Below the pieces are notes generated by a model, which was not told the DNA's origin, made no database searches, and saw only the letters and a list, made by a program, of their open reading frames with translations. A stretch of DNA of 64,000 bases, taken from positions 8,321-72,320 of the forward strand of contig CAYJWI010000003.1 in the NCBI GenBank assembly GCA_964373815.1, given 5' to 3'. Every line of letters begins with the position of its first letter. The stretch's first letter is position 1. Positions 9,581 to 19,787 of this stretch are shown here, in pieces. A program made the position numbers and the translations under genes. Source of the stretch: an uncultured archaeon (GTDB lineage Archaea > Iainarchaeota > Iainarchaeia > Iainarchaeales > Iainarchaeaceae).

Positions 9581-9981
9581 AGAATTTAAGGCTGGCGAAT
9601 TAATATGATTGGTGCAGCCTGTGCCTTGCTGTTTTTGCGAGGAAGGTGCTCGCTATTTCTTCCTGCCTTTCCTTCTTGGCCTTTCCGGCCTTTATAAGCT
9701 CTTTTGTGCTAATTGCTTTTGCCATTTTGTTCCTTTGTGCTGGAAGCACTATTTAAAGCTTACGTCTTTTGTCCATCTAAAAGTTGGCATATGACGAATT
9801 AATGGTTTTTTGGTTTTTAGCGTTTTTTGGGTTTTGGAGCCTTGCACGTAAAGTCTTGAAATTTAAGGACTAAACGTGCAGATTCCCTACTTTACGTGCA
9901 GAGCCGGGTTTTGGGGAAGCATTAAATTAAGGGCTCAATGGACGAGATCCGGGAATTCAGGGAGAAAAAGTTCGCCGAGAA

Positions 9982-10731
9982 CTAGCCCTTCCGCACCGCG
10001 AGCAGCACTTCAGTTCCCTTCGCGAGTTCCACTTTTTTCTTCACCGCAAACCTCTTCTGGCCGTCGAGGATTATCTCCGCCTTCCCCGCGAATCCTGACA
10101 CTGTTATTTTTTCATGGTCGTTGATTATTAGCGGCCGATGCTTCCAATCAACAGGATTGATGCTCACTACAACAAAGACCGCCGCGTTCCCTTTCACCAT
10201 CGGCCCCCCGGCGGAAAGGGAGTGCGCGGTCGAGCCCGTGGGGGTTGCGACGATGAGGCCATCGCCGGCTTCATTTCTTTCCTCTTTGCCTATTTTGAGT
10301 TTGTATTTGATTAGCCTTCCAGCTTTTGCAGGGACAACGAGCGCTTCGTTGAGTGCGGTGCCGGCATTCTTTCCGTCAACTTTTGCGCAAAGCCGCGTGC
10401 GCTTTTCAACCGAATAATTTCCGGCAATGGCCGCCTCAAGCGCCTGTTCTATTTCCGTGTGCTTGTATGATTGCAGAAAGCCGAGGCTTCCGCAGTTGAT
10501 CCCCATTACAGGCACGTTTTTTTTGAGGTCGCGGTAGACCTGCAGAAGCGTCCCGTCGCCGCCAAAAGAAAGCACTATCCCTGCCCCGAATTGTGAAAGG
10601 TTTTTCCCCTTTCCGAGGAAAGCCTTGTCCACTTCCGCTTTGATGCCCTTTCCTTCAAGCATCCTGATGGCTTTCAGTGCAGCCTGCTTGGCCACCTTGT
10701 TCTGCTTTCTCCCGGTAATGCCTATAATCAT
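9982..10731 (-). CDS. nadK: NAD kinase
   Basis: GGDGTLLQ motif and NAD kinase architecture. Confidence 0.8.
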   Translation of the reverse strand: MIIGITGRKQNKVAKQAALKAIRMLEGKGIKAEVDKAFLGKGKNLSQFGAGIVLSFGGDGTLLQVYRDLKKNVPVMGINCGSLGFLQSYKHTEIEQALEAAIAGNYSVEKRTRLCAKVDGKNAGTALNEALVVPAKAGRLIKYKLKIGKEERNEAGDGLIVATPTGSTAHSLSAGGPMVKGNAAVFVVVSINPVDWKHRPLIINDHEKITVSGFAGKAEIILDGQKRFAVKKKVELAKGTEVLLAVRKG

Positions 10732-10851
10732 GCAATGAACCTTTCGAAGGAAAGTGGTTAAATTGCTTTTCCCGCCCGAAAAAGCCCTCTGGGCGTTTTC
10801 TTCTTGTTCGCTTTTTTAAATCTTTTCTAAGGAGAATCTTTAGTAATTGTT

Positions 10852-13509
10852 TTGAGCAAGGTGAATTATTTGAAGTACGTTTTCATGTTCGACGAGTCCA
10901 AGAAACCCAATACCGAGGCGGCGCAGTTTTTGCTCGGCAACAAGGGCGCCCAGCTAGCGGAGATGACCAATGCGGGTTTGAGGGTGCCTTATGGCTTTAC
11001 GATTTCAACCGAGGCGTGCAAGGAATTCTACAAGTCCGCAAAGAAGTGGCCAAAAGGCCTCGATTCCGAAATGAAAAAGGCCCTTGCAAAGCTCGAGAGG
11101 AAAATGGGCAAGAAGTTCGGCGATGCGCGCAACCCGCTCTTCGTTTCAGTGCGCTCCGGCTCTTATGTCTCCATGCCGGGAATGATGGACACAGTCCTCA
11201 ATCTCGGGATGAACGATGATACAGTTGAAGGCTTTGCAGCGCTCACCGGAAACCCGCGCGCAGCTTTCGATTCCTATAGGCGCTTCATAAACATGTTCGG
11301 CGATGTCGTGATGGGAGTTGCGCACTCGAAATTCGAAGAGGCACTTGATGAAGTGAAGGGGCGCAAGGGCGCAAAGTTCGACACCGACCTTAGCACAGAG
11401 GATTTGCGCGAAGTCGTGGAAAAATACAGGAAGGTAGTCGAATCCGAAAAAGGCTCCTCTTTCCCAGAAGACCCAGTAGAGCAGCTCAAGATGGGCATCA
11501 ATGCTGTCTTTGATTCCTGGAACTCCTCGCGCGCGATTTCCTACCGCAGGATAAACAATTTGAGGGGAGACGCAGGCACGGCAGTGAACGTGCAGGCAAT
11601 GGTTTTCGGGAACATGGGCAGCGATTCAGGAACTGGCGTGTCCTTTACAAGAAACCCGGCAATAGGGGACAAGGAGCACTACGGAGAGTTTTTGGTGAAT
11701 GCGCAGGGAGAGGATGTTGTTGCGGGAATTCGGACCCCGCAGCCTATTGATGAGATGAAAAAAACCCACCCAAAGGTTTATGCAGAGCTGATAAAAATTT
11801 ACGAAAAGCTCGAGAAGCACTACCGCGAAATGCAGGACTTCGAGTTCACTTTCGAGAAAGGAAAGCTCTACATGCTCCAGACAAGAAGCGGCAAGAGGAC
11901 AGCGCAGGCCTCTGTGAAAATCGCGGTCGAGATGGCAAACGAGAAGCTAATTTCAAGGGAAGAGGCCGTGCTAAGGGTTAAGCCCGAGCAACTCGACCAG
12001 CTTTTGCACAAGCAGCTCGACTCCGAGGAAAAAAAGAAGGCCGTGCTGCTCGCAAAAGGCATTGCGGCATCGCCCGGCGCGGCTGTCGGAAAAATAGTTT
12101 TCAACACCGAAAACGCGACCCTTCTCGCATCGAGCGGGGAGAAAGTGATACTTGTAAGGACCGAAACAAGCCCGGAGGACATTGAAGGGATGCACGCGGC
12201 TCTGGGAATACTCACGGCGCGCGGCGGAAAAACCTCCCACGCGGCAGTTGTTGCAAGGGGGATGGGCAAGTGCTGCGTTGCGGGCTGCGAGGAAATAGTG
12301 GTTTCTGAATCCGAGAAAACGGTTTCAATTCCAAAGAAAGGAAAAATTTTGAAGGACGGCGATTTCATTTCACTAGACGGTGCCACGGGCGAAGTCTTCG
12401 AGGGAATGGTAAAACTGGTAGAGCCCAAGCTCTCGGGAAGCTTTGGCATACTGATGAAGTGGGCGGACTCTTACAGGAAACTCGGCGTTCGCACAAACGC
12501 GGACACGCCAAAAGATAGCAGTGTCGCGCGCTCTTTCGGCGCGGAAGGCATCGGCCTTTGCAGGACCGAGCACATGTTCTTCGAGGGCGAGAGGATAAAG
12601 GCTGTGAGGGAGATGATTCTCTCGCAGGATGAATCCGGAAGGAGAAGGGCGCTTGAAAAGCTTCTGCCTTTCCAGAGGGAAGACTTTGAAGGGATTTTCA
12701 GGGAAATGAGCGGCCTGCCTGTGATAATAAGGCTGCTCGACCCGCCACTGCACGAATTCTTGCCAAAAGAGGAGAAGGACATGCAAGGGCTCGCTGATGA
12801 AATGGGAATACAGTTACAAAAAGTGAAGGAGATTTCGGAATCGCTGCACGAATTCAACCCCATGCTCGGGCACAGGGGCTGCAGGCTCGGCATAACCTAT
12901 CCGGAGATTACCGAGATGCAGGCGAGCGCGATATTCGAGGCCGCCCTGAATGTGCAGAAGGGAGGCGTAAAGCCTGTGCCGCTAATAGAGATCCCGCTTG
13001 TCGGCAACGTGAACGAACTTCTGGACCAGAAGAGAGTCGTAGAATCGGTAGCCGACAAAATGGGGGTTAGGGGGAAAGTGAAGTACAAGATAGGGACTAT
13101 GTTCGAGGTTCCGCGCGCGTGCGTGACCGCAGGCGATATCGCCCCGCACGTCGATTTCATATCCTTTGGCACAAATGACCTGACACAGACAACACTTGGC
13201 TTTTCAAGGGATGATTCTGGAAGGTTCATACAAGTATACCTTGAGAAAGGGATAATGCAGACAGACCCTTTCCAGAGCATTGACCAGAACGGCGTTGGCA
13301 CGCTCATGAAAATGGCGGTCGAAGCCGCGAGGAAGGCAAAACCTGATATTGATATCGGCATTTGCGGAGAGCACGGAGGCGACCCATCCTCCGTCGAATT
13401 CTGCCACCGCATAGGCCTTAGCAATGTGAGCTGCTCTCCATACAGGGTCCCAATCGCAAGGCTTGCCGCGGCGCAGGCGGCGCTCAAGGAAAAGCGCAAG
13501 GCGAAATAG
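10852..13509 (+). CDS. ppdK: pyruvate, phosphate dikinase
   Basis: 885 aa; PEP-utilising enzyme mobile domain (TARGGKTSHAAVVARGMGKCCV) and C-terminal PEP-binding TIM barrel (GICGEHGGDP). Confidence 0.9.
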   Translation: MSKVNYLKYVFMFDESKKPNTEAAQFLLGNKGAQLAEMTNAGLRVPYGFTISTEACKEFYKSAKKWPKGLDSEMKKALAKLERKMGKKFGDARNPLFVSVRSGSYVSMPGMMDTVLNLGMNDDTVEGFAALTGNPRAAFDSYRRFINMFGDVVMGVAHSKFEEALDEVKGRKGAKFDTDLSTEDLREVVEKYRKVVESEKGSSFPEDPVEQLKMGINAVFDSWNSSRAISYRRINNLRGDAGTAVNVQAMVFGNMGSDSGTGVSFTRNPAIGDKEHYGEFLVNAQGEDVVAGIRTPQPIDEMKKTHPKVYAELIKIYEKLEKHYREMQDFEFTFEKGKLYMLQTRSGKRTAQASVKIAVEMANEKLISREEAVLRVKPEQLDQLLHKQLDSEEKKKAVLLAKGIAASPGAAVGKIVFNTENATLLASSGEKVILVRTETSPEDIEGMHAALGILTARGGKTSHAAVVARGMGKCCVAGCEEIVVSESEKTVSIPKKGKILKDGDFISLDGATGEVFEGMVKLVEPKLSGSFGILMKWADSYRKLGVRTNADTPKDSSVARSFGAEGIGLCRTEHMFFEGERIKAVREMILSQDESGRRRALEKLLPFQREDFEGIFREMSGLPVIIRLLDPPLHEFLPKEEKDMQGLADEMGIQLQKVKEISESLHEFNPMLGHRGCRLGITYPEITEMQASAIFEAALNVQKGGVKPVPLIEIPLVGNVNELLDQKRVVESVADKMGVRGKVKYKIGTMFEVPRACVTAGDIAPHVDFISFGTNDLTQTTLGFSRDDSGRFIQVYLEKGIMQTDPFQSIDQNGVGTLMKMAVEAARKAKPDIDIGICGEHGGDPSSVEFCHRIGLSNVSCSPYRVPIARLAAAQAALKEKRKAK

Positions 13510-13569
13510 CGCCCACTAAGGGGCTCAAATGAATAAATAGTTTGCTCTGCGAAGGCATAGTATAGTTTT

Positions 13570-13932
13570 CTAGTTTTGTGTTTTCCTCAACTCCTTAATG
13601 CGGTCATCTAACTCCTCTAAAATTATTTTGAAGATTTCCAGCCTATCGTGAGGGCTGCCAGTTGCCCTTGCACTTCGAAAAGCCGCACTTATTTGTTCCC
13701 TATACCCTCTAAGAACAGGGAGATTATTTTTTTGATAAGATTCTGACATTGCAAATTCCAACGAATCTCCAAAACTATGTGAATTTACAGAAGCAAGTCT
13801 TTCATTTGCCTTTGATAAATCCTGTTCCCTAATTTGATGTCGCCTGCGCCTAAACGCATTCATTGGAGGATTCAACTGTTCACCAAAACTAATAAGAATT
13901 TGTAGTTTATAAGTATTCCTTTTACCCTTCAC
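13570..13932 (-). CDS. hypothetical protein, possible HEPN-like
   Basis: Small alpha-helical protein with R-x5-H (RATGSPH) candidate HEPN motif; weak. Confidence 0.25.
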   Translation of the reverse strand: MKGKRNTYKLQILISFGEQLNPPMNAFRRRRHQIREQDLSKANERLASVNSHSFGDSLEFAMSESYQKNNLPVLRGYREQISAAFRSARATGSPHDRLEIFKIILEELDDRIKELRKTQN

Positions 13933-14101
13933 ATTTCATTCGCGCTTAGTGAAGGGCGTGATAAATTCGAGGTTACGTTTTTCAAAGTGTACTTATAATT
14001 TTTGAAAGGCATAATTTATTTGGACTTTTGCGGTGCATCCTGAAAATAAAATAAGTGCAATGGCTCCAAATAACGTCACAGTCAAAATAGTTTTATTCAT
14101 T

Positions 14102-14647
14102 CTAATATCCCCCGGTGAAGAAGTGCAGCAGCCCAAGTATTACTCCAATTATTTTCGCGGCTATACTGACAATTATCCCGCTCATCTGCCCGCTGGCCGT
14201 GAGGCCGTTGTACTGTATTTCCCCCGAGTTTAGCGCGTTCACGAGTTCGTTGAAAGGGTTTGCGGAGTTCACTATCCTGTCGACAGTTGACTCATTCACC
14301 CTCACTTCGGTGTCGGCGTCACTCCTTGCGCCGAGCGAAATTTCATTCACGAGATTGTTCTGCGTCCAGATCCAGTATGACCTCACTGTGCCGTCATCGT
14401 ATGTCATGTAAACATTGGCTTTGTTTTTCCCGAAAAGTATTAACGCAGGCGCAGGGGCATCGCGCATCTGCACATTAATCTGGTCGACCACCTCTTGGTT
14501 TAGCTTTCCGTCCGTGAACTGGGCATCAAACTGGTCCCTGCTCTCGGTGAGCACCGCAAAACCTGTCTGGCCGGCAGAGGCAAAGCTGCCGGCGAAAACC
14601 GCCATTGCAAGGAGTGCAAGGGAAAGGGGGGCAAAATTTTTTGCCAT
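14102..14647 (-). CDS. secreted protein with N-terminal signal peptide and C-terminal membrane anchor
   Basis: N-terminal hydrophobic signal (LSLALLAMAVFAGSFASA), C-terminal hydrophobic stretch GIIVSIAAKIIGVILGLLHFF. Confidence 0.4.
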   Translation of the reverse strand: MAKNFAPLSLALLAMAVFAGSFASAGQTGFAVLTESRDQFDAQFTDGKLNQEVVDQINVQMRDAPAPALILFGKNKANVYMTYDDGTVRSYWIWTQNNLVNEISLGARSDADTEVRVNESTVDRIVNSANPFNELVNALNSGEIQYNGLTASGQMSGIIVSIAAKIIGVILGLLHFFTGGY

Positions 14648-14719
14648 GTACCATTTACGGCTTTGCCATATAAAAAAACGCCGTTTATGTAGAACTGCCT
14701 GCTTGTTTTTTCCAATGCC

Positions 14720-15433
14720 TTATTTCCCCCTGCGCGCTCCCAATTGCATGAATCCTTTCCGCTCCTTTTGGGAGAATTTTTCTATGGAGTACCTTAGCAT
14801 CGTCCGCGGCATTTTTTTGCAGTGCTTTTTGAGGAACTTCACTTCTTCCCCCTTGCCCCTCTTTCCGGCCTCGCGCAGCATCCATCCTACCGCTTTGTGT
14901 ATGAGGTCTTGTTCATCACTAATCAGGAGTTCCGCTATCCTGAACGTTTCCTTGTTGCTGCCCCTGCGTATGAATGCAAAGGTCGAGATTATTGCAATTC
15001 TCCTCTCCCACAAATTGCCTGATTTAGCGAGCTTGCGCAGGGCAGATGCGTCTTTGCCGAAAAGGTATTCCCCCGCTATCTTGTCAGCCGAGAGGTCCAC
15101 AAGGTCCCAGTTGTTCACCTTTTTTGCGTTGCCGATGTAGAAATCGAAAATCTTCGCCTTCTCCTCTTCATTCCCTTTCCTGAATTTTTCCACGAGCACA
15201 AGCAGGGCTGCAAGCCTTTCCTCATGGATTTTTGACCCAAGGAGCTCACCGGTTTCCGCAAGGCTCATTCCTGAATATTTTTTTGCGGCCGCCCTTGTTT
15301 GCGGGACAGGTATTCCGAGGAACTCGTCCCCCTCCCCATATTGCCCCTTCCCGGTCTTAAAAAAGCCGGAGAGCACTTTCGCCTTTTTTGCATCGGCTTT
15401 TTGCGCGAGTTCCTTTTTCAAATACAGAATCAT
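14720..15433 (-). CDS. DNA alkylation repair protein (AlkD-like HEAT-repeat family)
   Basis: Overall similarity to DNA alkylation repair enzyme family (helical repeats, WERRIAI, GWMLRE patterns). Confidence 0.55.
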   Translation of the reverse strand: MILYLKKELAQKADAKKAKVLSGFFKTGKGQYGEGDEFLGIPVPQTRAAAKKYSGMSLAETGELLGSKIHEERLAALLVLVEKFRKGNEEEKAKIFDFYIGNAKKVNNWDLVDLSADKIAGEYLFGKDASALRKLAKSGNLWERRIAIISTFAFIRRGSNKETFRIAELLISDEQDLIHKAVGWMLREAGKRGKGEEVKFLKKHCKKMPRTMLRYSIEKFSQKERKGFMQLGARRGK

Positions 15434-15534
15434 TTATCCGCCTTCAAACTTTCCTTTAGCCATTTTTTCCAAAAGCTTTTCCCGAGGTTCCATTGTCCAG
15501 GGCTTTTATTTTCCGTCAGTCTAAACCACCACGC

Positions 15535-16944
15535 TTACTTTTTTTTGAGCGTTTGCTCCTCGAGTTTTTCGTTGAGCTGTTTGAGGAATTCCATCTTTCT
15601 CCCGGCCTCGATTTTCACCCCAGCAGCAATCGCATGCCCCCCGCCTTCATTGCCTTCGCCGAGCTTTAGGCATACCTCGCGGAAGGCTTTTCCGAGATTT
15701 ATCCCCTTTTCCAGTAGTTCCTTTGTGGCCCTGCCGCTGATTTTTAGCGAGCCGTCGTCGTTCTGCGCAATCGCTATTATCGGCTTGTTTGATTGTATGA
15801 GCGAGGAGCCATAGAGCATCCCCGCAACAATCCCGACAACGGAATCCTTTATTTCCTTTCCCGAATCAAAGCAGTAAAAAGTTTTTTCCTCAAGCACGCC
15901 GTTTTTTGTCACGAACTCTATTCCCTCGCGCAGCTGCCTCCTGTGCTCTTGCATCAGCGCAAGCGCCTCGAGGTACTTGTCCCCCCTGTCGCCAAGGCAG
16001 ACTTCAACCCCCAAATCTGCATGCCCGTGCCTGCCGCATGCGTTCAGAAGCGTTGAGAACTCCTTTGCTTCGCTCAGTGGGCTCTTCTTCTGCTCGTGCA
16101 AGAAGAGGTAGACTTCGCCGAAAAGCTCGCCGATTTTCCACTCCGGGACCTTGAATTTGCCAAGGTGCAAGATGAGTGCGGTTGCGAGCTTTTCCTTTTC
16201 AGGCTGGGTAAGGTCGCCATAAGTTCTCCAGTTGTTCCCTTCAGTTAATGTAATCCCGGTTTCCTGCAAAAATTTCCTGGAATTCTCCTCGCTCGCGGTA
16301 AGCTCTGGAAGTATGGGAGAGGTGCTGTAGGCAAGAAACTGCGTGAGAGGCCTGCTAACTCTCCCATAGAGGCGCAGGTCGTTTTCAACCTTCACAAACC
16401 CCGCATCCGTGGCCTGCTTCACTATTTGCGCATTGAGGCCTATGAGCTTTCCGGAATAATCCTGTACATCCCCGACAGCGCCCACAAGTGCGAGCGGGCT
16501 TGAATCAATGTTCTTTTCACTAAGCGCCATCGCGAAAAGGAACGCGACCCCCGAGGCGCTTATCTCGTTCCCGCCGTTTATCCCGTAATCGAAAGGCGAG
16601 AAGTGGTTTTCGTGCTGCACGTTCGTTTTCTCATGGTGGTCGAAGACGAAAAGCTTGTCCCCGAACTCCTCTTTCAAATACCCGAGTTGCCCCGAGCCGA
16701 AATCAACGAATACATAGTTCTCGCCCATGCCTTTTATTTCTGAAACCGTTTCCCGATAGAGCTGCTTTACCCACTTGCGTTTCACTTTCTTCCCTTCGCG
16801 CTCAAGCGCCCTGAACATTATTGCGCCAGAGGAGCAGCCGTCTGCATCATAGTGGTGGACCACCACAAAGTCGTCTCGCCTTCGCACTTCGTCCGCAAGC
16901 CCTGCCATCTTTTCCTTCCAATCCATATTAACCCTAATTCCCAT
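15535..16944 (-). CDS. DHH-family phosphoesterase, archaeal RecJ/GAN-like
   Basis: DHH motif region (VVHHYDADG, DHHE) and DHHA1 GGGH motif (GGGHAIAAG). Confidence 0.75.
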   Translation of the reverse strand: MGIRVNMDWKEKMAGLADEVRRRDDFVVVHHYDADGCSSGAIMFRALEREGKKVKRKWVKQLYRETVSEIKGMGENYVFVDFGSGQLGYLKEEFGDKLFVFDHHEKTNVQHENHFSPFDYGINGGNEISASGVAFLFAMALSEKNIDSSPLALVGAVGDVQDYSGKLIGLNAQIVKQATDAGFVKVENDLRLYGRVSRPLTQFLAYSTSPILPELTASEENSRKFLQETGITLTEGNNWRTYGDLTQPEKEKLATALILHLGKFKVPEWKIGELFGEVYLFLHEQKKSPLSEAKEFSTLLNACGRHGHADLGVEVCLGDRGDKYLEALALMQEHRRQLREGIEFVTKNGVLEEKTFYCFDSGKEIKDSVVGIVAGMLYGSSLIQSNKPIIAIAQNDDGSLKISGRATKELLEKGINLGKAFREVCLKLGEGNEGGGHAIAAGVKIEAGRKMEFLKQLNEKLEEQTLKKK

Positions 16945-17087
16945 GCAGGCTTTTTAAGCGGTAGGAGGGCTTTGTGCCGCTGCGGGTTGGTTATGGCAAT
17001 TCCCGCTGGTTAAATTCCAGCGAGGCAAAGGCTTTTTCCTAAGCTTCTACCACTTTCCATTAAAACCTTTCATCACAATATCCTTGC

Positions 17088-18383
17088 ATGGGTTTGGTAG
17101 ATTCTTTTTCCGGCCTTTTCAGGCAAAAAAGCTCGGCAAAGCAGGTTTCCATTGAAGAGGCAAAAGCCATTGTGTCTGAAGAGATAGGGAAGCATGAAAA
17201 GGAATTGCTTGATTTCGCGCCGAAAAAGTTCGCAGAGATAAAGCATTTGATTTCAAGCCTCTCGAAAAACGCGGATTTTCTAGAGTCGCAGGAAATAAAC
17301 ATTGACGAGGGCAACAGGCGCTTTCGCCAGGTCGTTGTCACTTCCCAGAAGAACCTCGCAAGGCAGCTAAAAGGGCTTTCCCAGAAAATAATGCCTCCAA
17401 GCATCCCAACAATTGCCTCTGTGCGTGAGTATTCCGGAAGGGCACTGCGCAGCGTTTCTTTCGATTTGCTCCCTTACTGGAAAACAATCGCGATTGCAAA
17501 AACACTTCTAAGCGAAAGCCTGGGCAAAATAGGCGAGGACATAGGCGAGCTTTCCCGCGTGCTCGAAGAGCTCGGGAAGAAGGCAAACGGAGAGCAGGCC
17601 CTGCTGCTCCGCTCGCTAGAGTCCCTCATGGCTGAAGAAAAGGAAAGCAGGGAGAGGCTCCTCAAGATTTCAGGAGAGATTGGCCAAGCAAGGAAAGCCG
17701 TTTCCTCGATGGAGGAAAAGGTCTCAATCTTGGAGAAGTCGTTCGGAGAAAAGCTCGCATCGCAGGAGAACTTAGTGCTCAAGAAGCTCGAGGAACAGAA
17801 AAAGGGCCTAGAATCGCGAAAGCAGGGAATCGTCTCCTCCTTCAACTCCGAAATAGCGCCGCTTGAAAAGGTCTTCAAGAGGCTCTCCTCGCTTGCAAAG
17901 GAATCCGGCCCCCTTGCGCAAAAGGAGGCGGAAGTGCTCTCAATGCTGCTCTCGATGCCGGCCTCGGCATTCATCACAGACCCCAATGGCACAACCACAA
18001 AAAGCATTTTCACAAAAGCTGGCAAGATGATTGGGGATGGCTCGATTGCGCTAAAGGAAAAGGAGCGCGAGAAGCGCCTCAATGCTATCTCCTCTTTTCT
18101 CGGAAAGGATTTTTTTTCAGAATATTTCTGGCCTGTAAACAAGCTGCAGGCGGAAATCCTCCAATTAGAAAGGCGCGCCTCCTCGATGAAAATCGGATCC
18201 GAAATAAATTCAGCAAGGCTCGCAGTTGATTCCGCGCGCACCGAGCTCTCGGCCCAGGGGCAGGAACTCGAGAGGCTCCTAAAGCAGAAGGCTCTTGCAG
18301 AGGCTTCTTCCTGGGAGAAAAGGTTCAGGGCACTTTTTTCAAGGTACTTTGGCGAAAGGTTTGAATTCGGCAACCCGAAATGA
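17088..18383 (+). CDS. coiled-coil protein of unknown function (431 aa)
   Basis: Long heptad-like E/K/L-rich sequence; no enzymatic motif. Confidence 0.4.
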   Translation: MGLVDSFSGLFRQKSSAKQVSIEEAKAIVSEEIGKHEKELLDFAPKKFAEIKHLISSLSKNADFLESQEINIDEGNRRFRQVVVTSQKNLARQLKGLSQKIMPPSIPTIASVREYSGRALRSVSFDLLPYWKTIAIAKTLLSESLGKIGEDIGELSRVLEELGKKANGEQALLLRSLESLMAEEKESRERLLKISGEIGQARKAVSSMEEKVSILEKSFGEKLASQENLVLKKLEEQKKGLESRKQGIVSSFNSEIAPLEKVFKRLSSLAKESGPLAQKEAEVLSMLLSMPASAFITDPNGTTTKSIFTKAGKMIGDGSIALKEKEREKRLNAISSFLGKDFFSEYFWPVNKLQAEILQLERRASSMKIGSEINSARLAVDSARTELSAQGQELERLLKQKALAEASSWEKRFRALFSRYFGERFEFGNPK

Positions 18384-18424
18384 ATTCGCCGTCTTCAAAA
18401 CAAAGTTTTGGGTATTTGCGAACC

Positions 18425-19033
18425 TCATGCCTTTATCGTCTTCTCGAAGAACTGCCCAACGATGCTTGTTATCTGGTCTTTCTCGTCGAAATCCGCGCTT
18501 AGCACTATCGCGGAGGCGCCCATGGAATTCACCCTTCCAAGCAGGGTGTGCATGAATTTTTCCACGGCCGGGGGGTTGTTGTAAATTAGCATTGTAGAAA
18601 TAGAATCAAGGAAGAGGAGGGTTTTTTTGCCCAGTGATTCCTCAAGCTTTTTTTCCGCTAGCACGATTGTTTCAGTAAGGTCAGAGGGAGAGTCTATGTA
18701 GGCGACGTTCTCCATTTGTGGCGTCTTTCTCCCGGCTTCCACAGATACAAGGTCTATGAAGAATATTTTCGAGCAGTCCCGGCCCTGCTTTTCGCAATCA
18801 TTCCAGATTTTCTGGTAGCTTTCATTTAGGGTTATATAAATTATCTCAAAATCCGAGTATTTTTGGAGCACCCTGACTTTCACCCCCGCATAATCCTTTG
18901 CCTCTATCAGCACAAGCGCGGTGAACGGGTGCTTGAAGCCCTCAAGTGCTCTCTCAACGCGCAGCTCGACGGACTTTTCCCTGCTGAGCATTTCCTCTAT
19001 TTTTTCCTCGCTCCACTTTTCCTTCTCCGGCAT
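18425..19033 (-). CDS. RecA-superfamily KaiC-like paralogue lacking a canonical Walker A (likely inactive partner)
   Basis: Walker-B-like LLFLDSIST segment, no GxxGxGKT; stop/start abutting the KaiC-like gene. Confidence 0.4.
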   Translation of the reverse strand: MPEKEKWSEEKIEEMLSREKSVELRVERALEGFKHPFTALVLIEAKDYAGVKVRVLQKYSDFEIIYITLNESYQKIWNDCEKQGRDCSKIFFIDLVSVEAGRKTPQMENVAYIDSPSDLTETIVLAEKKLEESLGKKTLLFLDSISTMLIYNNPPAVEKFMHTLLGRVNSMGASAIVLSADFDEKDQITSIVGQFFEKTIKA

Positions 19034-19776
19034 CAGTCCACCTCGTCGAAGAGCTCGGATTTGTCGAGTATTATTATCCCATCATTCGTGATTTTTAGCG
19101 GCCTTAGCACTTCCATTATCTCTGTCTCCCTCATCTTCAGGACAGCGGCGCTCCTTATGAACCTGTTCTTTATCTTTGTGTGGTAGAGCAGTATCACTCC
19201 GTCCGCGACATATTCCTCGAGCCCGTAGAGCGAGCTGACCTTGTCTAGGGAGATCTCGTTTGTTATTACCGTGGTGACTCCTATCGCCTTGAGCATTTTT
19301 CCGAGCGAAACAATCCTCTTTCTGGCGTCCAGCTCCCTGTCAAAAAACAACCTGAAAATAACACCTGGGTCTATTATGACCCTTTTCGCGTTGATGGCTT
19401 TCACGTTGTCCTCGATTGCCGCCTTGAGCCTTTCAAAATCATAGAGCTCTACTGTAATGATTATGAGCTTTCTATCCTTTACAAATTTTGAGAAGTCCCA
19501 GCCGAACTGTATCGCGCCCTGGAATATTGTATCCTCTGATTCCTCGAGGGACACATACACGGCGGTCTCGCCGTACTTTGTTATGCCCTCGAAAATGAAC
19601 TGCCAGCACAGTACGGTTTTTCCGCTTCCAGGGTCGCCGCTCAGCACCACAAGGTTGCCCCTAGGGATCCCGCCGTCCATCATTTCATCAAGGCCGGGCA
19701 CTCCGGATTTCGCCCTTTCAATGATGTGCCTCTGCGAAGTCTGCGATGCCTTTGTTTTTTCCGCCATAAAAACCAC
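19033..19776 (-). CDS. single-domain KaiC-like RecA-superfamily ATPase
   Basis: Walker A GDPGSGKT, Walker B VIIDPG, typical archaeal KaiC-like length (247 aa). Confidence 0.75.
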   Translation of the reverse strand: MVFMAEKTKASQTSQRHIIERAKSGVPGLDEMMDGGIPRGNLVVLSGDPGSGKTVLCWQFIFEGITKYGETAVYVSLEESEDTIFQGAIQFGWDFSKFVKDRKLIIITVELYDFERLKAAIEDNVKAINAKRVIIDPGVIFRLFFDRELDARKRIVSLGKMLKAIGVTTVITNEISLDKVSSLYGLEEYVADGVILLYHTKIKNRFIRSAAVLKMRETEIMEVLRPLKITNDGIIILDKSELFDEVD

Positions 19777-19787
19777 TTGAACCAGCG

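Noticed and set aside
11868-13499. Minus-strand ORFs inside ppdK (11868..12449, 12897..13499 and others)
   Set aside because: They are antisense to a strongly supported 885-aa PPDK gene. They are shadow ORFs.
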